Positions 27,279-40,800 of a stretch of 64,000 bases of DNA are shown here, in pieces. Each line of letters begins with the position of its first letter. Positions within the stretch are counted from its first letter, which is position 1. The notes under the pieces were generated by a model. That model made no database searches, was not told the origin of the DNA, and was given only the letters and a program-made list of their open reading frames with translations. The stretch is from contig CM022666.1 in the NCBI GenBank assembly GCA_012295275.1, positions 9,734,001-9,798,000 of the forward strand, read 5' to 3'. Made by a program: the position numbers and the translations under genes. The stretch comes from Chrysomallon squamiferum. Lineage: Eukaryota > Animalia > Mollusca.

Positions 27279-28402
27279 TTTCTTATTGCCTATATCATTT
27301 CTCAGCACACTAGATTTGATACGCTTTTAACAAACACTTGAAGCTCACAGACCCAGACCTTTCAGTTATATTATCTACATGGAAATTCAAACTCTGTGAG
27401 TCACAAGAAATCTCTGTTAATGAGAGGTGATGTTAAAATAGCTGGTACATACTGTGTCTAATAATAACTTTAACAGAGTGCATGTGTGCATGCATACCTA
27501 CAAACACACAAGAGACAAATAATGAAGGTATGGATATTCTGTCTAACAACATTATACATTCTTAATCTACTGTTATATGGTAACATACAAAGGGTTAATA
27601 ACAATTAAGAAATAATCAGGAAACAAGCTGTCCTTAATCTAGTCTTCGTCAAAGAACCTTTTATAAAATTCTCTAATATACATAACAACACATACCCTGA
27701 CTTTTGATAAACCTGCTAAGGAGTAATGGTTGGAACTGAAAACAGTTAAAAAAAAAAACACTGAGGAGAGCTGATCCTGCAACTCATCACTAACAATACA
27801 GACACAAATATACACACCTGTACTTCAATAACCATGCAGGTTAATTAGTATGCCAGCTACCTGTAATAACTAACCTTTCTTGTGTACATCCAGAAATTAT
27901 CTTTACCTGGAAATTGATCATTTAATGTTCATCATGGTAATTAAAGTAAAGAAAATATGAATTAAGAAGGAAAAAAAAGGTTCTTTTTAAAGATTTGATC
28001 CTCATACTTGCTGATTCTCAAATCACTTCTATCAAGTTCAAGAAAGAAAAGAACATGACAGAAAAGGACTTTTGAAAAAAACACAAAAAAAAACATAATA
28101 AAATCAAATAAAATAAGGGAATCGAAAACTAAAGAAAAGAAACCAGTAAAAGAATACTTACTGATTTTGCTGAGGCCTGCTAAAAGAACAACCACTGTGT
28201 ATACAAGAGGAGATGACACTGCATGATAGTTCAATCCAGCCACATGGATTCTCTGACTGGACTTTCCTGAGCTTTCATTGGACTGGTTGTCATGGTTACT
28301 GCTATTTGTGGTAACATCACTTACTTGTTCAGATCCACAAGTTGAAAATAGTTTTAAAATAAAAATGCTAAAAATAGCCACAATAATATGTATGCTCTTC
28401 AT
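12634..28402 (-). CDS. Sodium/hydrogen exchanger, SLC9A plasma-membrane (NHE1-5-like) clade, about 809 aa, 22 coding exons
   Basis: Exons 28402-28162, 25974-25929, 25333-25292, 24917-24846, 24441-24360, 23990-23963, 23498-23383, 23022-22947, 22198-22128, 21689-21578, 20720-20639, 19151-19056, 17929-17808, 16858-16776, 16504-16376, 15945-15856, 15258-15193, 14967-14861, 14405-14346, 13975-13872, 13439-13345, 13143-12634 (sum 2430 nt, open frame). Motifs: KVPESC, FFLFLLPPIILES, AVDPVAVLAVF, VFGESLLNDGVTVVLY, YGGLRGAVCFSL, FIQGTTIKPLV, DHVMAGIEDIIG; hydrophobic N-terminal leader. Confidence 0.93.
14545..14878 (-). repeat. ~48-bp tandem repeat containing the NHE exon 18 donor
   Basis: Seven copies of TAAAACTTACTTGAGCA[G/C]TATTTTGTAAATAAT; the rightmost is the real junction at 14860/14861. 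Confidence 0.9.
17237..17846 (-). repeat. ~71-bp tandem repeat containing the NHE exon 13 3' end and donor
   Basis: Donor-equivalent positions at 17256, 17311, 17381, 17451, 17522, 17594, 17665, 17735 and 17807 (real). Confidence 0.92.
18070..18704 (+). mobile_element. Probable solo LTR in an NHE intron
   Basis: About 635-bp complex segment interrupting a TG-rich microsatellite. Begins TGTAA, ends TAACA; TATAAAA at ~18206; AATAAA at ~18663, about 40 nt before the end; flanks GTATG/GTGTG (imperfect TSD). Confidence 0.55.
19146..20125 (-). repeat. ~29-bp minisatellite containing the NHE exon 12 acceptor
   Basis: Roughly 30 degenerate copies of AATACTGAAACAAATAGTGAGATGGTAAC starting exactly at the acceptor 19152-19153. 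Confidence 0.88.
20719..21180 (-). repeat. ~23-bp minisatellite abutting the NHE exon 11 acceptor
   Basis: Many copies of AAACTGAACTGAAATACAGTTGTTT (minus strand TATTTCAG). Confidence 0.85.
23035..23378. repeat. Intron-filling repeat rich in CAGGTAAG/TAGGTGAG on the plus strand
   Basis: About a dozen ACAGGTAAGAAT / ATAGGTGAGAAT motifs fill NHE intron 7. Confidence 0.8.
23500..23790. repeat. GGAATAATGAAA-type minisatellite abutting the NHE exon 7 acceptor
   Basis: Repeated GGAATAATGAAA / AAACAGGGAATAAAA units starting at 23500. Confidence 0.75.
25600..25690. repeat. (ATT)n microsatellite
   Basis: Long ATT run; similar ATC/ATT tracts at 8226-8370 and 59430-59750. Confidence 0.95.
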
Positions 28403-28608
28403 TGTGGTAAAAACTATACATCAAGGGCACCTTCACTGCAGATATTGACTCACAGATTGCGACTTTTGATCTGAAATAGTTTTATGAGTGAAGTTTATTC
28501 TAAAAATACATCAGTGATCAAAATGTTAGACATATCATCTGAAAAACAATAATACACTGCTCTAAAATTACCGTAGTTTATCTTATTCATAAGCAATAAA
28601 CTTTTTAA

Positions 28609-28647
<39 letters not shown>

Positions 28648-29801
28648 GTTCTCCTTATTTAACTATTTGAATAATAATAAAGTTAAAATCTTATTTATTT
28701 ATTTTATCATTCTGAAGCATTCTTGCAGAGAAAAGAAAGGAGGAAACGTATTGAATTACATTAATTTCTCACACAAAACATGCAGTTTTCTGTTGCTGTT
28801 TTTGTTTTATATCTTTTATATCTGTTGTTGTTAACGGAATGATCAAAACTCATTCAACATTTTATCAGAACTCACTTTATATATATACATTCATATTATT
28901 TAAATTAGTAAGTTATTAAAGAAAAACAGATTAGATTTTAAAAGAAAGAAAAAAGAAAGAAACAAGAGTGCAATATGTCAAATTAACGTAAAACACATCA
29001 ATAACGCAAGGATTAAGTCACAAAGCTAATATGTTATATAATCCAAACTGCCATACGTATCATAATCATAATGACATAAAATGATAAATGATAAACGTGA
29101 AACAAGGAAATACATCGACATACTAAAAACAAAAAGTAATGACGATATTCATTAAATTATGCCAAATTTACCTACTGCGTGACATCGCGTCAATTACATT
29201 TTCATCTGTTACTTTTAAGAAAAATTTCACCATGTGACAATATTAATTATGATAACAAGAACTTCAGACTGACAGGCAGTTTGTCTTGTAATAGAAATGT
29301 TTACAAACGTGATAAAGGTAGATAACTCTAAGTGCATAACACGGTAATCAAAATTACATCTACGTCCAGAGCATGTTACAGGCAACATATAAATAAGTAA
29401 ATTAAAAGAACAGAGAAGTAAAAAAACATTAACTTAAATGATCAGTCAAATTTATTTATTTATTTACACTGATTTTTTTTTTAAATGAAAAAATATGTGA
29501 AGTAACATATTCTCAGTAAGTAATATGATACAAACTGTCCGAAATAAATCTGCCTCCTTTTTGTTTTGTTTTATAATTTATATTTATATCGGTTATTATT
29601 TTGAAGAAATTTGTTGATACATGCGATTAAATTTATTATTAATAATACAATTAGTATTACCATTACTACTACTACTGTTATTACTATTACAGCTACTACT
29701 TCTACTACATCAACTGTTACTACCATTACTACTACTGCTACTACTACTAAAAATAATAAAAATAGTACTACAATGACAACAACGATTACTACTATTAACT
29801 A

Positions 29802-30575
29802 CTTCCAGTATAAAAACTACTATTACTACCACTATTACAACATTAAAGCCATTTTGTTTTGTTTTTCATACATTATTTCACGGAAAATGTAAAAGGGAAC
29901 AGGCATGAATGAAGCCACGAAAAAAATATGCACAAAACACTAGCACAAACATTAAAAATGAAAAATATGTCCTGAAAAATATGTTTCTGAAAGATAAACC
30001 AGCAAGAGATAGAAAGCATACATACAAGTATATATGGCGGAAAGGTATAACGTTTAGGCTACGTCAGTACAAATTTGACAAATATACTACTTTTCGTGAC
30101 TCGTTTTATTTACGCATGAGTGAAGACATTTTATTTTTTAAATCTCATTAAACTTCACTAATAAATAAACCAGATATTTGTAACGTACTAAAATTATTTG
30201 AAAGACACAGTTAGCAATACAATTGTCTACAACAACAACCACTATTACTACTATTACTGCTTCCAATATAAAAACTACTATTACTACCACTACTACAACA
30301 TAAAAGCCATTATGATTCATCCTTGTATTATTTCACAGAAAATGTGAAAGTTAACAGGTATGAATGAAGGCACGAAAGAAAGTATACATAAAACATTAGC
30401 ATAAACATTAAAAATGTAAAACATGTCCTGAAATATATGTTTCTGAAAGATAAGTCGGCAAGAGAAAGAATGCATACATACAATTATATATTGCGGAAAG
30501 GTATAACGTTTTATTTACGCCTGAGTGAAGACAAAATTTGTAACGTACTAAAATTATTCCAAAGTCAGTTAGCAG
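29802..30575. repeat. Diverged direct tandem duplication (~29802-30215 and ~30260-30575) in the NHE/STAG intergenic region
   Basis: Both copies carry AAAACTACTATTAC..., ATGAATGAAG, AAACATTAAAAATG, TATGTTTCTGAAAGATAA, GCGGAAAGGTATAACGTTT and TTGTAACGTACTAAAATTATT. Confidence 0.8.
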
Positions 30576-30685
30576 TAAATTTTCATATACGTTTATGAAC
30601 ACAAATTTAGGAATCATTAGAGATATAGAATTCTAGAAGATATCGGAAATATTTCTTTTAAGCACACTTGTGAAAATTCATGAAT

Positions 30686-30719
<34 letters not shown>

Positions 30720-30863
30720 CGTATTTGTGTCACTATTTTTTCTTTCTAGAAATAAATCATTTTTTTACCGGAGAAATAGGACGAAAAATTCCATAATTCA
30801 GTTAATATCGTCACGAATGAAAAGTAGCTCGATATTCAATAATATCGGGATATCCTCATACAA

Positions 30864-31092
30864 GTCACGTGACCGAAATTCTGCAGACGTGAAGTTTCGC
30901 GCCAGTTTGGAATATCGAATAACAAGTATGCAAAGGGGAAGAAAATTATTGCTTTAACAGTTTGTATCGTTGGCGGTTTAACATCATTAAAACGTACATG
31001 GAGTAACTTTATTGAAATTAATGCATTTCTCTTAATGTTGATACAATATATATTTATATTAAGGATTGATGAACAAAGATGGTCGCCATTTT
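30864..31092 (+). promoter_or_regulatory. Probable STAG promoter / first non-coding exon region with E-box, E2F and YY1-like motifs
   Basis: Locally CpG-enriched. GTCACGTGAC at 30864-30873, TTTCGCGCC (E2F consensus) at 30895-30903, possible donor AA|GTATG near 30926, CGCCATTTT (YY1-like) at 31084-31092. The acceptor at 31860-31861 lies 14 nt before the ATG, implying an upstream UTR exon. Confidence 0.55.
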
Positions 31093-31875
31093 GTATTTAT
31101 ATCGATAACTTGTTTAAGTTACTATTTTCTCTCCCGAAATTGGGAATATTATTCATTACATATATATATATATATACGTTCAGTTTTTAACAATAATCGA
31201 AGATATTTTATTTAATTTCAAACTTGGTAATATCTTTATTTACTAGTACTGTTTTTTAATGAATGTTAATTATAAAAATTGTATTTTCGGTATAAACATA
31301 TTTTCGTGAGATTTAATTCGTATAAATTTGTTAGTTTACTATCGTCATATTGGCGAGAAAAGCTTGTTAGAGTATTCCAGAAATGTCATTTTAAATAAAA
31401 CTGAAGATTATCGATGATATGTTATAACTTCTTGAGCCATTACTATGATTACAAAAGTCTTTGAAAATTCCTTTTTGTAACACTGACGTTTTCACCTATC
31501 TCGGACCATTCATCCATTTTATTTAACTTAAGATTAATGAAAACGGAATAGATACTTTTAACAAAATATAATAAATTAATTAAAATCTTTAATAAAATTT
31601 GGAGACTGAAAGATGTCATATGATATTCAATGAATAATTCATTTATTAAAAACAAAAAAGGCCCGTGGTATCAACAAATTGAAATCATTATTCAGTTAAC
31701 AGAAAACGCATTAGTTAATATAAAGTGGGAAAATATGAAAACTAACTCATCATATTAAAAGAGTCTAAATAATTTTTAAAAATTATTTTCAATTTCATAT
31801 AAGTTATTCATACATTATAAATATTTTTTTTAAATTTTATTAATTTTTTTTTTTTTTATAGGTGTTTAATATAAA

Positions 31876-34800
31876 ATGCCTGTAGGACGGCCAAGTCGGA
31901 AGGCGAAGGAGAGTGGGAAGGAACTACAGGCTCGTATCCAGGCAGAACAGGATGAAGGACTTGACACATCAAATGAGAATATAGATCAGGCAGATGCATC
32001 TTTGTAAGTGAAATTTCTTTAAATAAACCTCTTGACTTCCATTGCACCAGTAGAGACCACTAATAAACTGAATTACCAAACAAATTTCTGGAGTGTAGTA
32101 TCTATTCATTGGTACACAGTGCAATGCCTGGTATTGTCCATTTTGCTGTTAGAGACACAAACCATTTGGTGGTGAAGATGTTAATAAAATGAATAAATCC
32201 CTGAGTAATACTAGAAATAAAGATGGCTGCATTATATTTGTGAGTGTGTTTACACAGATAAAATATTTTAAATTTGCTTTCTAGTGAACAAGATGTCCCT
32301 CCTTCTGAAAGTAGTGATTTTGAGGAAATTCCTAAAAAGAGAAAGCGAGGTCCTAAGAAAGATGGAGGGATGGTAAGTAATTCATTATCTTTGTCTTACA
32401 TTCTTAATTAAATAGCTTTAAATAATTTTTTTAAAATACTTAAATTTTCAGTAGAAATAACAAAAAATGTACTTACTTAATTCTTTTAGCATTGACTAGG
32501 TACCGGCAGCCTAGCCGATATAATTGGGCGAATCTGTTAAATGTTCAGATTTTGTCCATTTTCCTCCAATCCCAAATCCCTTCTATAAATCCTACCATAA
32601 AAAACAAATACATATAACTAAAGATCTTTATGTGCGCTTCTAAATGGTGTTGTTGTTCTTGTTGTATGTTAAATCAGTTCTTTGTATGAGAGTGTTAAAT
32701 GTGGTGGGGGTAAACGCACTTTCACACCCGTGGTCAGCAATTAAAAGTGTGGATTAAAAAGTCATAAAATAGGGTTGCTCTACAAACGCCTGGCTTTTTT
32801 TTTCGCCCAAATGGCTTGAATATTATTTTTAGCACAGATAGGAGGGTCAAAGTTCAATATTTCTAACCGTGTGCATGTCGTCGCTGGCAATCGCTTATAT
32901 CAAAAGTTGTGTCCAAAAACGTACTTTTTCATGCCTTCAAACCAATTTTGAAAAAAACTGGCTGAAAATAAAACCTGTGTTCATGGGATCAAATGAAAGA
33001 TCATTCAATTACCTTTCAAACAATGTGCGACACTACGGTGCATCTTCTTTGGCGAAAACAAGCTCCACGTTTGAACATAGCATGTGCTTAGCAAAATCGC
33101 CATTACATTACGTTTTTTGCAGAACGAAATCGCCGTACAGCTAGAAAGGTCTGGCGCTGTTTAAAATGATTGTATTTATATGTTGTTTATGTTTTTAATA
33201 ACTTGTTGGCTGTTTGTTTTTCTTCAATGTTCCTACTTTTAGTGTAAACATTATAGCATGGGCGTATCAAAATCGTGCTCTGAAATAAACCAATTAACAT
33301 TGTTTTGCCGATTACTATCTTCAGTTTAAAACTGTCGATTATTTTGCTTTCAAAATTCTTGCGATAAACGTCGAATTAAGAATCGTAAACATAACAAACT
33401 ATACACGGGTCATTCCATGTCAAATCACCCCCAAAAAATAGATTTTTATGAAACTTGGTATACTTGTTGACTGAGATCACACAGCACCAAATCTGAAATT
33501 TTAGGCCAATCAGACCAGTGTGGGAGTTATGGCCCCCTGAAATTTGAGATTTTTGGCAAAAATGGGTGTGGCCACCAACCTTTGAACCTTCATATCTCGG
33601 GAACTACGGGGCCAATCTTCATAAAATTGGTATTGGTGAAAAGGCAATATGACAAGATATGAAAATTTCGGGGTCACTGACAAATGTTAAATTCAAGTAT
33701 GTCATGTGAAAGTTCTTGATAAATAGTTCACAACACAAGTTGAATTTGTCAAATAAGACAAAAACTGAAACCACAGTGTCTATTTGAACTTTTATTCGTT
33801 CTGCCGCATGTCATTTTGAAGATTTTGGCATGTTCAGCATGTTATTGTGAACACACATACAAACACATAGGTCTGAAAAATATTGAGCTCATTTAGCAAG
33901 TTGGTCCCATCACTCTTGTTGATTTTCAGCCTTTTGTGTCAATTACTTTTCAAACTACAGTTGGCTAAAGTAGCCCTTTCTGCTGATTAGCCAAAATAGG
34001 GCTAAAAAACAACCAAATACCTGTCGTACCAATTCACATATATCTTTTTAACCGCTGGAGATAGTCATAATTTTTTGTGTGTTTTTATTCTTTTTGCTAC
34101 AGCTTTCATTATGTGCTATTGTTTTTGCATATTATATGAAATTAAAGTCAGAAAAAATTATCCTGCCGGTACCTACATTGACATATTTTTGCACTGATTT
34201 AAAAAAGAAAGAAATAAGAACAATTTCTTATTGATTTATTTAAACACCAGTCTGCAAAACGTGGTAAAGCGGCTACTGCTGGTCGGAACAGAAAAGGAAC
34301 AGCTCAAGATGAAGGTGATGTTGCAGATGGAAGTTTGTTTGAAATAGTCCGTGGAGGCAGAGCTTCACTTCAGGTAAGCTTTTGTATTAGTCTTTTAATC
34401 CAGTGTTGTATGCCTAAATTTTATAGTAATTTGTGAATAATCATTAATCGTTTTATGAAAGTTTTTGAAGTTTAATCTTTTTTTTAAATAGTTTGTAGGT
34501 TCAATTTTATAATAAATCCTGACTAAATCATTCAGGTTGTTTTATGATGATATTGTGTCAAACAGTGGAATTATCTCACAGTCTTGTTTTTTTTTCACAT
34601 TTGAGATACAGAGAATGAAAAAAATATCCTAACATTTTATTGCTTTGTAATTAAGAAAAAGTAGAAGAAAAAGGCAAATGTTATTTGGCATTGATGGTTC
34701 CAGTAAGATACAATAAAACAAACGAAAAATATATATTTTAATGTTAGGTTGTTAGGACCACTTTAATTATCCTTGATCTAATAAAATTTAGTGGTTTTAT

Positions 34801-37800
34801 ATATAATTTTTTAATTCAAGAAACATTTAATAATTTCTATTAAGTGCTAGAACATGTACAAACCTAATGTAATACAACAAAGAGAATAAGACTTAAATAT
34901 TTTTTCAGGCAGTTGTGGATGACTGGATAGAATCCTATAAAAGTGATCGTGATGCAGCTCTGCTTGAGTTGATTCAGTTTTTCATCCAGTGTTCAGGTTG
35001 TAGAGGAAAGATAACTCCTTACATGTATGCCAACATGGAGCATGCTGAAATTATTCGAAAGATGACTGAAGAGTTTGATGAGGTATGATAAGTTTATTGT
35101 TTATATTAATCTTTATCCTGCCATTTTGAATAAAACTAGTAACAATCCATAGTAAATTACAATTCCAATATTTAAAATAAATAAATATATATTTGACATA
35201 CTTAGTTTAGAAATATGTTTCTGTGTACTCTGAAAATATCAGTGATAATAATTTGTGTTTTAGATAATAAACAAAGCCTGTTTTGGTTTTAAATGCATGT
35301 AACTTTATAGATTTACAGCACTAGAGAAATGGGATTATCAAAAGAAAACAAAATTTCTAAATTATGTCCATTTATTATACAATTTTAAACTATTTAATTT
35401 CTGATATATTTTTCCTCCAGGAAAGTGGAGACTACCCACTAATACTGACAGGTCCTCAGTGGAAGAAATTTAAAAATGCTTACTGTGAGTTTGTCCAGGT
35501 GTTAGTACGTCAGTGTCAATACAGCATCATTTATGATCAGTATATGATGGACAATGTCATTTCACTATTGACTGGACTGACTGACTCACAGGTCAGAGCT
35601 TTCAGACACACAAGTACACTGGCAGGTATGTTTACTTATTTCATGTATAACATTTAACACACAGGAAGGAAGTGAAAAAGAACTTTTTATTACATATATT
35701 ATAGCATGTTTTGTACAAATTGGGAATGTGTGTGTCTGTATATGATTATAATATTCAAACATATTCTTTTATTATCAGTTCAAAATTCCACTGACAATCA
35801 AAATAAAGTTTGTTCACTGTATATCAGAGATGGTAATCTTTGTTTACTTATTTTAGCTATGAAGCTGATGACAGCATTGGTTGATGTTGCTCTGAATCTA
35901 AGTATCAACCTCGACAACACCCAGAGACAGTATGAAGCTGAGAGAGGAAAACAGCAGGCAAAACGAGCCAATGACAGACTAGACTTGCTCATGACTAAAA
36001 GACAAGAGGTAGGCTTGATTGTCATAATATATATAAATTTGAATTCTATTACTTTGAAAGTTAAAATACAATTTTTATCTTTTTCACATCTAATAATTGT
36101 TGCATTGTTTTAGTTGTGTACATTAACTGAAAACAAAATAATAAGTAAAATTTGAAAATTATTAATATTAAAGTACAGTTCAGTTCAAACATTTCTATAC
36201 AATTGTTTCATGGTTGTAATATTTTGTCCCTTTTTTTTAACTTTAAAAAAGAAATTCTCTTACACCAGATAAACAATAACAACATACATATTCAGTGTGA
36301 TCTCATAACACGATTGCAAGTTAGAAGGAAGCAATTTCTAAAAATTTAGCTTTTTATTAATGTAATGAATAAATGGATTATTTAATTACACCCTGAAACA
36401 ACAATTTAAAAAAAAAATGGGGGGTTGTGTCATATTAAGGTCATAATTATAAAAATGTTACTGATGTTTTAATAAAATTTAATTTCAGTTAGAGGAGAAC
36501 CAAGCTGAAATACGTAACATGCTGACATACATTTTCAAGGGAGTATTTGTCCATCGATACAGGTTTCATTATTTTATAATTTTAATCGAAAATAATAATG
36601 AATCCAACTTCTTGATTATTTTTGATTTGGAAGTGATAATTTCCTAATTTAAAATTGAAAATGTTTCATGTATTATGACTTAAAGCTTGAACTGTCAATA
36701 ATATTTTCTTTGTTAATCTTTGCTTGCAAATAATTAATTTCATACAGGAGTTACTTACTAATGAAAAGGATAAAAAGAAAAAAAAAGAAAAAATCAGTAA
36801 TAGGTTTTCTTTACTTGATGATTTTCTTTTGCAAATAATGAATTTCATAAAAACATGAATTACTTAATAATGAGAAAATATTAAACCAAAAAACATGTAT
36901 AAAAAAATATCAGTTGTATTTCATAAATGTGTTTTTGATCTATGCTCCTATTAAAATTTTAGTCATTTAAAAAAAAAAAAAAATTATAACTCCAGGTTAT
37001 TATTTTTATTTAAAAATGTAAAATACACATAGCAGCTTAATTGCTATTTAATTCAATATGTATTAACAGATAATTTTAACACAATCATTGCAAATGTTTT
37101 TTTATGTTAACCATTTCAGAGATACTCAACCAGAAATTAGAAGCATTTGTATTTCAGAAATTGGAATTTGGATGAAAAAATATCCAAATATGTTTCTGGA
37201 TGATGGGTACCTTAAATATGTTGGATGGACATTATATGATAAGGTAAAGAATTAGCTGATATGTTTTTTTCTTGCTTGTTTATTGTTAAAACTGTTCTTG
37301 AAACAGGTTTGGTAGTTTTTATTTATACAGATGATACTGACTCGTTCTCTTTTATGTATGCTTCTTTCTTTTTCTTTCATTTATTTTCACATTCTTATGT
37401 ATATCACTTTTGATTTACTGATTAGGTGGACTGAACTAAATGAAACAAATGACAGTTATATTTTACATTCATTCATTATACAACATCAGTTCTAATGACC
37501 TCAGATAAATTTTAATTCTCAAATTTAAATGAAGCCCATGTTAATCTGTATTATTATATCCAGGTTGGTGATGTGCGTCTTGGGTGTTTAAGAACTCTAG
37601 CACCTCTCTATGAGTCATATGATCTTTCTGGAAAGCTGGAACTCTTCACAAATAGATTCAAGGTAATTTGTGTGTGTGTATGTAACAGAATGTATAGGAG
37701 TGTTTACAAAAGAGAGAATGTGAATTAGAATGAAAAATAGTGCTATTGTGAATATCAGTGTGTATGGATGTAAATGGGTATATGTCATTGTTTTCTTTTG

Positions 37801-40800
37801 GTTGTATATATATATGTAGGAATCTGTGCATGTGACCTCTGTTTGGAAATAAACATTGTGGTACCCTAACAAGATGAAAATTCAGAAGATGTAAAATGTA
37901 TTTACCTTGTGTGAAATAGAATAGCATCAAATCATTCAGGTGTTTATGTATATGTTTAAACATTTTATTTAGGCCAGTATTTTTATAAATGTATTTATAA
38001 TTTATTTTTTTAAACATTAAAATTAACATGTTCTGACAGGAGTTCAATCAAGAAAATTAATTTCTAGCTTATGAAATATGAATTAGAATTCATCTGTTTA
38101 AAAATTACACCAAAAAACAGTATTTGTTCTTAATGTAAGGACTTCGGTCAGGTAGCCTGATTTTTGTCTTGATCATAATCTAAAAATACAAACATTGAAA
38201 AATCAATCTGAAAAATGAATTAAAATTTACAAATTTGAGACAAAAATAAATATCTGAAAATAAATTGTTTGGATGGTATTTCAATTGAGTAGATTTATCT
38301 CTTGACTAAAGGCAAAAGTGGTCATGTCACTAGTGAAATTACTGTGCGTGTGCTCAGTTTTTATCTCCATGTATGAAATTATGTAACAAAACAGTGGAAA
38401 CTGTCAAGTTAAGTCTTGCCATAATTCATCATTAAAGTTTTCATTGTTTTCATTGTTATTAAATATTAGTTAAATAATATATTCAATTTGACATGGTCAA
38501 GTTAGATAATAAGAATTTCCCATTTATAGAAACAAACTTTTTAATTTCAGGACAGAATTGTTGAAATGACATTAGACAAAGAGTATGATGTGGCTGTTCA
38601 AGCTGTAAAGCTGGTGATTTGTATTCTTAAGTAAGTTACTATTAGTAAAATAACTAAAAATTAGTGATTTGTATACTCCAGTAATGCACACCATCAGTAA
38701 AAAAAACAAGTGTTTGCAATGAAAATATATTGTCACACATTTCTTTCCTTTCAATAATAATAAAAGTTTTGTTCTGTTTGTAATTAACATACATTTTTAA
38801 TGGTTATAATTAAATACTAATTTCATCGTATATGTAAGGACTGTCACAGAAAGACTTCTAAACTTTCTTTACTTTTAATAATAACATCAGTTTTATTGTA
38901 TCATAATGAAATGTTTATTTTTCATGTTTGTATTTAAATACTAAGTTCCATATTTGTCACTTCTAAATTTCTGTACATTTAGTAATTTAATACAATAGTT
39001 TTGTAGATTGAAATAAAATGTCTGTTTTTCATGATTGTAATGAAACACTAACTTTGAGATAAAGTGATTGAATTGCCAGTTTTAATTTTTTTTTACTTTT
39101 AATAATTTTGTAGTATTGTAATAAACTTTCATTCATTTTCAGATTCAATGAGAATGTGTTGTCTGACAAGGACTGTGAAAATGTGTATGAGTTGGTGTAT
39201 TCATCTCACAGACAAGTTTCTCAAGCTGCAGGGGAATTTCTCAGCACAAAACTCTTCAAGCGTGAAGATGAGGAGGTTCAAAACTTGAGAACAGCTACTG
39301 GAAAGAAACGAAGCCCTAACACACCATTGATACGAGATTTAGTTTTGTTCTTTATAGAGAGTGAGGTATTTTAAATAACATTGATATTTTTTATTAGTAG
39401 TAGTATTATTATTATAGGAACACACTAAATGGTGTAGCAAAATAAATTCATATGTATTGCATGATTATTTTAAAATCTTTATTAAAATATACTAGATGGT
39501 ATAGCATTAAAATATTATGTGGGGTTCATTAAATTATTTATTTTTTTAAACATTCAGGTCATTTTATTAAAACATATTAGGCAAAATAGATAAAGGGTAT
39601 AGATATACTTATTCTGAAATCTTTCAAAAATAACACTGGAATATATTTTGAAAATTAAAATATTGGAGACCAAATGTAGATGAAATAGTAATCAGATTTG
39701 CACATTCATAAATACATATTTAGTTTCTGTTAATTCTGAAATATGTTTACAAAATAAAGTTAAAATTTATTTAGTGTAGAGAATAACAGTCAGTGATAAT
39801 CATAATCATTTAAAACAATATACCAAAAAAAAAAACACACTAATTCTCAGTAGAACACTACCAAAACTAATTGTTATGAATATATTTATAATTTCATGAT
39901 AATTTTTTGACATAGCATCCATAATAACAAAATAAAATGCATTCTCATATATGATTATTTTGAAACATCTAAAACTGTCAAATTGTATGAAAAAGAATAC
40001 ATTGGACATCAGATCTGTAAGGAGATCTGACTGATCTAATTTTCAGGAATATTTATAATTTTATTATAAATTTGTATGCTACAGCTTCACGAACATGCAG
40101 CATATCTGGTAGACAGCCTGTGGGACATACATGACATGATGAAAGATTGGGAATGTATGTCTGACCTTCTCCTTGAAGAGCCAGGCAAAGGAGAAGAACG
40201 TAAGTGTTACTTTCTCTTCATAATGTGTAGTAAATACTTTGTTGATGGGAGTAAGTTTTATTCACTAATTTTATCATAATTTGAGTAAATAATTTTTAAA
40301 CAAGAACATTCAGAATCTTAATCTTACAAATATAAATATGAAATTACATTTATGTACTTTCCTGCGTGATTTTTGAAAATGTATTTGTTTTTAATGTATT
40401 CTTGTAGGTGCCGGCAGCCTAGCCGATATAATTGGTCGAAACCGTTAAAAGTTCAGATTTTGTCCATTTTCCTCCACTCACAAATCCCTTCTATAAAACC
40501 TACTATTAAAAAAAAATACATCTAACTAAAGATCGTTATGTGCTCTTTTAAATGGTGAATCAGTTCTTTGTACAAGAGTGTTGAATGCGATGGGGGTAAA
40601 CGCACTTTCGCACCCATGGTCAGCAATTAAAAGCGTGGATTAAAAAGTCCTAAAATAGGGTTGCTCTACAAACGCCTGGCTTTTTTATCGCCCAAATGGC
40701 TTGAATATTATTTTTAGCACAGATAGGAGGGTCAAAGTTCAATATTTCTAACCGTGTGCATGTCGTCGCTGGCAATCGCTTATATCAAAAGTTGTGTCCA

